DNA of 64,000 nt, taken from NCBI GenBank assembly GCA_964016885.1, contig OZ024745.1, positions 52,142,001 to 52,206,000 of the forward strand. Reading direction: 5' to 3'. Made by a program: the position numbers and the translations under genes. Shown piece by piece: positions 53,302 through 64,000 of the stretch. The notes under the pieces are model-generated. The model did not search any database and was not told the origin of the DNA. It saw only the letters and a list, made by a program, of their open reading frames with translations. Source of the DNA: Eledone cirrhosa. Its lineage: Eukaryota. Numbering within the stretch: position 1 is the stretch's first letter; every line of letters starts with the position of its first letter.

Positions 53302-56284
53302 TTATACTTCTCTTAGGTCAGTGTTGTTTGTTTGGGTGTTGTTGTTGTTCCACTCATTCTTTCTGTTTAGCTTTGGTCTTCTAATTTCTATTTCACTGGC
53401 CCCTCTGATTTGCCTATCTGCTGGGTCATTCCTATGTTTAGATATTATTCTAATTTCTATGTTGTCTATGTTACCGTCATGTTGTTGTCTAGCATGTTCG
53501 TATAGTACTGACCCGTTTTTTCGTCCTTTTAGTTCCCCCCAGTGTTGGTCTATCCTTTCACCTATGCTACGAGCTGTCTCACCTATGTATGTTGTTGTCA
53601 TGTTTCTGCAAGTACCCTCTGTACATCTTATGCTATAGACTACGTTTCTAGTTTTACAGTTTATCCGGGGGTTCACCTTACATATGATACACTTCCTATT
53701 GGTACAGTGGGTTTTCTTAAAAGGGTAGGTTTTGCTGATCAGGGATTTTATGGTGGTTCCTGGCTTTTCTACCACCTTTATTTTTAAGTGGGTCTTTCTC
53801 AGGGCCTTTCTACACTGGTTAGCTAATTTCCCTCCAGGGGTGGCGTCCACAAACATGACACTCTGATATCTCTGGTTGTCGTACCATGATGTGGCCTTCC
53901 CTATCTTATGTCTAGCCCTATCTAAGCTATTCCAAGATTTGCTCCTGTATAGTGGGCAGATTCCTTTCATGTCCAGTTCTATGAGGGTCTTATACTTTTC
54001 CATGGCTCCTTCGTATACTCTGACTCTGTCTCTTTGGTTGTAGGCAGAGAACTGCATGCGGTTGATGAAGTGTTGGATGTGTCCTTCCATTTCTGTTGGG
54101 TCGCACATGCTGGACACATTCTTCATCACTCGTACCAAATCTGCGATCAGAATATTAAACTTAGCACTACTGGACATTGCTGAGTTTTTGAGTATCAGGT
54201 ATTTGGAGGCCATGGGTTTAGCATAGTGTGAGTGGAGAATTTGGGCTCTCTCGTCTATAGTGTTAATCCAGAGTTCTGTGTATAATACAGGTAGTCTATT
54301 GTTAGGGTGTTTGGAAGGGAAGTCTATAGTTACAGTTATACTCTGGTGTATGGAATTAGCTATCTGCTGGATGCTTTCCATCGTGCTACGTTCTAAATCG
54401 AACTTGTTAGTGCTCTCTAGTGGGGGTGTTCTTATAACTATATTGATATCATCTACATAACGAGAGTACATGATGAGGTCTATGGAGCTTTTATTAAGGA
54501 GATCTTTAAGTCTCCTTTCCCACCATACCATGAAAAGGTTGGCAACATCACCAGCTATGCTGACGCCGATGGCTGCTCCCTCATTTTGGGTGTAGATTTT
54601 CTCATTGAACTTAAATATGTGGCCCTTTAGGGTAGTTTTGATACTAGCCCCTATTGCATGTGCGACCATTTTTCTTACCTGATCAGTGTTTTGGGGGGTC
54701 CGTATGGCTTTGCTCCACCCAATCCACCTTCCTATGGGAGTCCTTTTAGCCATTGAGGTTATGGTGGGGGGTCTACCTCTTATAGGTCTACTAGGGCAGA
54801 AACATCTAAGGTCATGGCTGTCTAGGTAGTCAGTGTCGTAGGTAAGTCTAAGTAGGAGGCCCAGTTCGTCTGTGTCGACGTCGCAGAACTCCACCTCACT
54901 CTCAATGATCATCTCCACACATCTTTTCACAGCAAAATCAATGTTAATGGATGGGTACAGTGACACTACATCCATGCTGCCTATTATGCAGTTGGATAGG
55001 CTCCTGTTTTTGTTGCACTCACTGATTCTGCTGAGGAGGTCCTCTGTACTTTCACATACATCTGGGGACATCTTGATTATGGGGCGTATAACCATTGAGA
55101 GGAAGTAGGAGATCCTGTAGTTGCTAGCTATATTAGCTCCGCATACGGGTCTTGTTGGTGGTCCTGTTGTCGGGTCGTCGACTGTCTTGTGGTCTTTGCG
55201 GAGCCCATACAAGGGTGGTATGCCATTGTTAGACGCCTGGAAGTTGTTGGCAGTGCGTCTGCTTGGCTTTAGGATGTCAGTCCACATCATCATGTGAGCG
55301 TTGAGGATTTTTTCTCTCCCATCGTGTGTTATTTGTGCAACTTCGCTCGTGTTGGTGATGTGGGGTTGCATTGCCTCGATGTAGTTCGGCATGCTATCTA
55401 TTGACATCCTACCAGACTTATCTGTGGGTAGACACACTACCTCACCATCCCTTGTGCGGTGATTGAGGCTAACCAAGCCTTCTACAGGTTTTCTCCCAAG
55501 TTGTTGGGCCTCTGGTCTGCTCTGTCTCATAGTGTACCTGTCTACTACCTGTCTAATCTTATTTCTAGCTATGGTGAACTGTGCCTCCGTCTCGTCATCT
55601 ATTTGCTGTGGTATGCAAACTCTTTTATTAAAGGGTAACCTCGTAGGATAGATATTACCCATCTTATATGTTTTGTCAGGTGGGTTGAAAAATAGTTTCT
55701 CTAAGGGGTTGTCGTTATTTCTATCGTCATAGTTGTGTGTGTTGCTATTATTGTTATCATGGTGGTTGTTGTTGTTTCTATCATTAGCATTATTATTATT
55801 ATTGTTATGATTGCTAGATGTATTGTTGTTTACTTCACTGTTATTGTTGTTGTTGTTACTGCTATTTCTACCATTGTGGTTGTTACTATTATTATGTTTC
55901 TTGTTTTTGTTGATGTTGCTACATGTACTATTTTCATTATTACCACTGTGGTTATTGTTGTTGTTGTTCGTATTGTTACCGTTATTACTACTGTGGTCAC
56001 TGTTGCTGTGTCTGTGGTTAACGTTTCTATTATTATTATTATTGTGGTTGTTGTTGTTCCGTCTATCGCTAGTATTATTCCCATTATCACTATTTCTCAC
56101 TTTCCTGCCATTGTTATGGTTATGGCTGTTATTTCTATACCCAGAGTTATTGTTTATATTATTACTACCGTTATTATTGTTGTTGTTGTTTACCTTTGCA
56201 TTCCAACGTATTTTTGTGAAACACTTTTCCAGCTCCGTTTTGCATTCCATAGGGTTAATCTTTTTGTAGATGGCAAATTTTGGT

Positions 56285-56287
<3 letters not shown>
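53302..56287 (-). CDS. PLE polyprotein: Asn-rich linker, RT, Cys linker, GIY-YIG (N-terminus missing)
   Basis: Open from the TA junction (PPKFAIYKK) to the stop. Contains [49 protein letters not shown]...YIGET. LPVLYTE replaces LPVLDTE. Confidence 0.95.
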
Positions 56288-56370
<83 letters not shown>

Positions 56371-56746
56371 AATATATGTGTCTATGTGTATTCAAATATA
56401 TGTATATATATTAGGGATTGTAACCTCGAGTTATATGCATCTATGTATGCATGTATGTACGCATTGGGAGTGAAGAACCCCTAGCCTTTGTCAGGGCATT
56501 CTTCTAGGAGAAGACAACTCAGGAAACTGAGATAACTCCTATATAAAACCTGTAGCTCAGTAGTTACCGATAATGATCTTTTGTTCTTTTCGGATTGGGA
56601 TTGGCTCAGTGCACAGTCTTTCCACACTTTAAAAAATATCTTCACGCACAGGCATTGCACGATATAATTAATTAATAATTATTAATAATGGCATAATATG
56701 CAATGGCCATACTCGATAACGAGGGGGCAGCCATCATGTATGCATG

Positions 56747-57420
<674 letters not shown>

Positions 57421-57599
57421 GATGACAAGTTATCATTATAGGTAATCCAGTTAGAGGTTGTGAATACTCTACGTCGTAGATAGTTTTGACATACTGCTTT
57501 GTTTGACTCAACAAGATGTTTCCATAGTTATGCAGCGAGTTCGCGGTAATTTAAATAAACCCCCTTATTGTACAGCCAACCATGTTACTCTTCATTCAT

Positions 57600-57662
<63 letters not shown>

Positions 57663-58269
57663 GGGGAGAGAGAGGGAGAGAGAGAGAGAGAGATTTTGAA
57701 TGTGATATAATGCTAAACAAAACAATGTAACATAAACAGTAAGATTAAGGTAACGAAAAACTAAGTTACCTGGTAATCATTGTTTTGTTCTTCTATTTGG
57801 GACCTAACATTCCATTCTTCAGAGTATAAGGAACTTTCAGTGAAAAATGTTCCGCTTTCTTTTCTTTGGAATTAAATTTAGATTTGTATTTCATAAACCC
57901 CATTCAAGCGTTGTTTGGTCGTTGCTTTGCTATTCATGAGAATGATCAGGTCAATTTCCGATGAAGTATTTCATGGAATCAATTTTATTTATTTTGTGTT
58001 TGTATATGTTGTTTAGGTTGCGTGTGCGTGTGAGTGTGTCTTTTTATGTTACGAATTGTTTGCTTAATATTGTTATTTAAATAACCGGTTTATATATCAC
58101 TTCTCACATTATATATTATATACAATGCTTTAACCAAACTTTATTAGCAGTTACTAACAACAGAATGTTTTAAGTTTGCATGTCTGGCATATATGCGTAG
58201 TTTGTGAATAAAAGATTCGAGGGGTTTCGCTGGCCGGGGTGATCCCTGCCAAACATCTTTTGCAATGTA

Positions 58270-58438
58270 TCTTCTTATTGGCTAATTTCGTCGTCTTATT
58301 GGCTAATCAATCAATGAGAGTAATTGTTGCTTAAAAGCATCCGCCACTTTGTTTGCACGTTTATTTATCGTTTCGCTTTCGAATGTTCCTGCTGTTTTTC
58401 GTCGTTATCATCAAAACATTTTTCTCGTTTTGGTAAGT
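58270..58438 (+). promoter_or_regulatory. Candidate promoter and non-coding first exon
   Basis: Two tandem TCTTATTGGCTAAT (inverted CCAAT) motifs 21 bp apart, locally CpG-richer unique sequence, then a G|GTAAGT donor at 58433 followed by very AT-rich intron-like DNA. Confidence 0.35.
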
Positions 58439-58887
58439 TATATTATTAATTTATATATGATTTTTTAAAATTAATATTAACTGTTTTTTTTTCAGTTCGT
58501 TATAACATGCTTATAATATTGGTTGTATCGTATTTACTTGTATATTTGTCCATATTATTGTTCGTTTTATGTTAGATTATTTTATTATTATTATGTTAGA
58601 TTATTTTTTTTATTATTATGTTAGAATATTTGTATCTAATATTTAATTTTTATTAATTCAACTATAATAATTATTATGTAAAATATATTTATTTAATATT
58701 GATTGTTTTTTGTAGTTGTTTATATTAAAAGTCTGAAAATATGTTTATACATCTTACAATAATATTTATAAGATCATTTATAAAATAGCAATTATATAAT
58801 CTAATTACATTACAACGATAATTTATTATTAATATATATCATGTTTAACTAGAGTTATTACAAGCGTTGCCTTAAAAAAATATTAAA

Positions 58888-59322
58888 CTAGACCTGCAAA
58901 ATGCGCAAGCTCAAAAGAGCCACAGAATGTTATAATAAAGCTTCAAAAGTGTGGGACTAGAGTTGTTGCTCAAAAATATTGTAATCATTATCTCTCGTAC
59001 ACTCTGTGGCATCCTTTCATAAAGGAGACTCATAACGAACTCAAGACGACACGATAATTATTTAAATGAATTTATAATATAGAATTCCGTTTAAGTGCAT
59101 TTCGTATTAATCATTACTAAACATCTAATATGAGATATTGAAGATTAGCTTAAATAATTATCGTTTCGTCTTCAGTTAGTTATGAGTCTCTTTTTTATAA
59201 AAGGATGCCACAGATAGATAATGATTACAATATTTTTGAGCAACAACTCTAGTCCCACACTCTTGAATCTTTATTATAACATTCTGTTGCTCTTTTGAGC
59301 TTGCGCATTTTTCAGGTCTAGT
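58888..59322. mobile_element. Fold-back/MITE-like element with ~180-bp diverged inverted arms
   Basis: ctagacctgcaaaatgcgcaagctc... (58889-59066) versus ...gagcttgcgcatttttcaggtctag (59150-59321). Confidence 0.75.
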
Positions 59323-59351
59323 ATATACATACATACATATTTATGTCTATG

Positions 59352-59758
<407 letters not shown>

Positions 59759-59918
59759 AACGAAGGAGTTGTGGTAAGGAACCAGATGGACCATAACGCA
59801 CCAGAGTACTAAATACTTAGGGTAGTAGAGTGGGTAATAGGAGAAAGTATGACCCCGACGGTAGCGCTCAAGCCGTTTCGACGGCTATTTCTGGACAGTC
59901 CAGGGGTCATACTAAATA

Positions 59919-59952
<34 letters not shown>

Positions 59953-60046
59953 CATATATATATATATTAGGGTAAACATTGATGCAATTCAATTCAAGCA
60001 CTCAACGTACTTTTTCCACATAGGAGTGACGGAGTAAATATCGAAT

Positions 60047-61124
60047 AAGGAAAAGCGAAGTAGTTTCAGATGTTCAAGTCCTGTAATAATAATGCTGTGA
60101 TATATATTTCAGTGACGACACTGGCCACACTGTTCTGTGTGCGAGTGTTGTGTCATCATCATACAGCTTGTTGCATAATAAGGTTATGCTTCCGAGGCAA
60201 TCCAAATTGGATCGACATGGGTACTGTTGAATTGCGTGTTTTGGGGTTTTTCATCCGCTCCCTTGTGAGTACCAATTCACCCTCACCGGCGTGCGCAAGC
60301 GCATGTCCGAAGGAAGTTGACCATTAGCCACCGCAGATTTCAACGAAATTCGCTTAGTCAGTTCACCCACTCAGTCAAAACAATGGCCCACCAATGCCTG
60401 TACCATATTTTACTGCTACCCATCACGGCTGTGGCAGTCAGCCGAGAACCAGAGGGGATGGGAGAGTGTTAGTTTTTACAGGTCATAATACTACCCCTCA
60501 CTAAGCGTTGACAGTACGACTGACCTTATAAGGGAAAATAAACTTAATTCTAGGTATCATGGTTTTACGTTGGAAGTTAAGAGTGAGAGTTGGATATAAA
60601 AATTAAAATCCTAAATCAAATATCAGAAATTATAAATTAAACAATTAAGAAATTAACAATTAGAAATTAAAGAATTAAAAAAATTCTTTACTCACTTCAG
60701 TCTATATTTTTACTCACCTCAATCCGAATTTTTTTAATTCTTTAATTTCTAATTGTTAATTTCTTAATTGTTTAATTTATAATTTCTGATATTTGATTTA
60801 GGATTTTAATTTTTATTTCCAACTCTCACTCTTAACTTCCCACGTAAAACCATGATACCTAGAATTAAGTTTATTTTCCCTTATAAGGTGATGGTCAGTC
60901 GTACCGTCAACGCTTAGTGAGGGGTAGTATTATGACCTGTAAAAACTAACACTCTACCATCCCCTCTGGTACTCGGCTGACTGTCACAGCCGTGATGGGT
61001 AGCAGTAAAATATGGTACACTCGCACACAGAACAGTGTGGCCAGTGTCGTCACTGAAATATATATCACACCATTATTATTAAAGGACTTGAACATCTGAA
61101 ACTACTTCGCTTTTCCTTATTCTA
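60047..61124. mobile_element. Palindromic pLTR-type insert with asymmetric deletion
   Basis: 60043-60147 pairs with 61018-61122 and 60400-60685 pairs with ~60726-61018. 60148-60399 is missing from the right arm. HHR-like GCTGT-ATGATGA-stem II-GAAA-TATATA-TC-ACAGC at 60094-60167 (-). Confidence 0.88.
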
Positions 61125-61158
61125 TATATATATATATATATATAAATGTATATATATA

Positions 61159-61405
61159 TATTAAGACAGGGGGGAAGAAAAAATGGTTTCACTTGTGCTT
61201 TCAACAAATTTATTTTCTTCACAAAATCCAAAAATATTTTTTTTCCGGATTACAAAAAAAAAATTTTTCTTAAAAAAAATTTTTTTTTTAAGAAAAAAAT
61301 TTTTGTTTATAATCCGGAAAAAAATTATTTTTGGATTTTATGAAGAAAATAAATTTGTTGAAAGCACAAGTGAAGCCATTTTTTCTTCCCCCCTGTCTTA
61401 ATATA
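61159..61405. repeat. Near-perfect ~250-bp palindrome next to a TA run
   Basis: attaagacagggggg...ccggatta (61160-61252) is the reverse complement of taatccgg...ccccctgtcttaat (61310-61403). Confidence 0.88.
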
Positions 61406-62854
61406 CCTAACTGTACCAAGGATTACACACATTTTCCAATATATATATATATATACATATTTATGTCTATGTATATATATCCATTCACGAAATAATCATC
61501 TCAATATACTGGATTTTTTAATGGAAATATTTTGTATCACGATATATCGTGATGACATAAAACATTCTTTATCACTGAAATGAATTAAAATATTACCTGA
61601 AATCGTTCAATTGCTAAGTGGTGTAGTTTCATGCCCCATGGGTCATTTTGTTCAAATGTTCACTATTCAATCCTCGATATACTCCTAAGACATCACACAA
61701 CTAATCAACTCTTCTACCAAATGCAAATCCCAACTGAACAGATCCTGCCAACGGAACACTATTGATCTTCATGAAAATTAGCTAACAAGCGTATGTCAAT
61801 GACTTCCATTATTCTGTCTGTCGCTTGAACTACTGTACGTACAATTGTAAGTAAGTAAGTATGAATGTATATATGTATGTATGTGTGTAAATATATATCT
61901 ATGTATATATGTATGCATTTATGTATGGAGTTATGCAGGTTTGTACGTATGTGTATTCATATTTGCTTGATGAGTTTTATTTATCTATTATAGACGAAGA
62001 AAAACCACGAGTTTCCCAAAATTAATCTCTGTCGTTTCTACGGTGCTCTTTTGCGTTATTTCACTTCTGCCGTGGTTAAAATATGCTAAAATTTTATAAA
62101 TTTGTTCTGATGATTATGAGCTTATGAAACATAGTGAGCGGTAGACGTAGGGAAATAAGTAGTATTTATGAACTCAAAAGAGCGGGAAACGATACAATAT
62201 CGATTGCATCCCCTTGCTTTTGCCAAGATTACGCGTGTAACGTTTGTTACGACCTTAATTATAATATTAAAAGGCTCTAAAATGTTTTTCATAAATAACC
62301 TTTCTATTATTCAATATATAATAGGTACATATATGTGTATAGCATTATGTTGGAGAACCAATGTATTTTTTTTTTAAATTTAAGCCTAACCGGCTATGAG
62401 TTTCATCAGTTCAGAAACGTAAGCAAAGATATATAAGATTCTATTTTATTTTAACCCTAACAGAAGTGGGGAAATATTTAGTATTGATAAAGGCAAAAGA
62501 GAGGGAAGTGATGCTTTCTCAATCACTTACACCTGCTTCTGCTGACGATAGGCGTGTACCGTTGGTTACAACATGAAACATCCAAAGCGGCGAAAGGCTC
62601 TCCAAAGTGGTTCATAAATATCCTATATATTACTCAACATAAAATATGCGTATATATATATGTGTGTATGTGTGTTTGTGTATATATATAAACGAAAGTA
62701 CAGCATATTCGAAGTTCAAGCAGCAGTTAAGCCAACGAATGCCTTCAGCAGTGCAGCCAAGCACTCGACCTCAGAGTAATAACATATAGTTTAAAGGGTT
62801 TTGCAAATTGAAGATAGCGACCGCTAATTCAGCTGCCGGATCTGTAGCAACGAA

Positions 62855-62919
<65 letters not shown>

Positions 62920-64000
62920 CATATAAAGTAACTAGGATCTAAATCACTGTTGAAGCATATACATGAACTTGTAACAGCATCTAGTGCTTGGGCGGCGCAC
63001 CACATGTAGCTGTTTTTACACAGTTAATATATATACACCGTACTGTTAAAATCATATTTTCGTAAAAGATGTTTGATCATTACATTTATTCATAACGTGT
63101 TTAATTGTTTTCATTCAAAAACATATTATTGCATTTACATGCACGTATTTCTTAAAACAATCATCATTATTGTGAAAACCTATAAAGTCAAGTATAAATA
63201 TATTCCTTTCTCATATTTAATTTTAAAATTTCAATGTAAAATTTCCTGGGGAATATCGTCCTATACTGCTGTTCAATGATGGTGGTATTTTAATAGGTAT
63301 GGAATAGTTATTATCTACTAATTTATCTTACTTGTAGTTCCTGGCGTTTTCTGTATTGATGCTTTAATTACAACATTAGGATCTTCACAATGGTTTTCTT
63401 TTCTCTCTTCTCTCATTATTCAATACACATTGTTAGAATACGCCATTTTGTAATATGTATTGTTTATTTAGTAAAACATTATTGCTGAAGTTTATATAGC
63501 TTTGATGCACAAGAGAATTTCCGCAAATATACATTGTTGTTTTCATGTTCAGTTTGATCATTCCGTATTTCTGGCTAATTTATTTTTATGTTGCTCTGCT
63601 TTTTTTCCCTTATTCTTAAAGAATCCATAAAGAATAATGGTTTCCGGAACATAGTCGTTTAGCAGTGACATAATCATCATTAAAACTCTACCACTCAACA
63701 CTTTTGTGTCAACATCACAGTCGCTACACAGCATAATTGTCTTCGACGTTTGACGAAACGCAATTCTCTTTCAATCTATCATGTTTATAATTTGTTCGTA
63801 CTTTATTTTGTTTGTTTGCCTCTTCTTTCTTTACTATTTTCCACACATAATGACGTGAACATAGCAATTATGTTGTTGGTGTTGTTGTTTGTGGCTAGTA
63901 ACACTATTGATATTGATGATGGCTCTGCTAATCGACTTTTGTATTTCTACAGTTTTCTTCCCACTACACTTACTGTTATTGCTTTCTAAGTACAGACTAA

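Larger units (their letters stand above)
52747..56287 (-). mobile_element. 5'-truncated Penelope-like retroelement, sister family of 10200-15658
   Basis: Long RT/GIY-YIG ORF. The 3' terminus ATGACCCTCCCCAAGTATAACAATA runs into TA. (TA)n also flanks the truncated 5' end. Confidence 0.95.

Noticed and set aside
60236-60252. TTTTGGGGTTTT resembling a ciliate telomere repeat or telomerase template
   Set aside because: A single unit inside a repeat insert; most likely chance.
61333-61378. TGAAGA-hairpin-GAAA in the 61159-61405 palindrome
   Set aside because: No NUH site or stem I partner downstream, so not counted as an HHR.

Overview
AT-rich, microsatellite-dense animal DNA with no host protein-coding gene I can support. 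The SINE family and repeat landscape suggest an octopus/cephalopod (inference). The window is dominated by Penelope-like retroelements (PLEs; RT plus C-terminal GIY-YIG endonuclease) from at least two lineages, inserted into (TA)n tracts. There is one near-complete copy (10200-15658, ORF broken in an Asn-rich linker), one long 5'-truncated open copy (52747-56287), two YRDD-type copies and several fragments. About 16 inserts are fully or partly palindromic (fold-back). In every one where polarity can be read, both arms point their 3' ends outward, nearly always into flanking (TA)n. Reading by eye finds more than 20 type-I hammerhead ribozyme (HHR) motifs from about a dozen sequence families. 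These include minimal forms with palindromic stem III, forms with a very long stem II, U3-A8 covariant cores and a recurrent CAGAAGA core. Also present: a non-autonomous Helitron, four tRNA-SINE copies, decayed RTE and Tx1/L1-like LINE pieces, MITE-like elements, tandem duplications and a possible CCAAT promoter near 58.3 kb. Most ORFs in the supplied track are microsatellite or antisense artefacts. All folds and alignments were done by eye, so boundaries are approximate.
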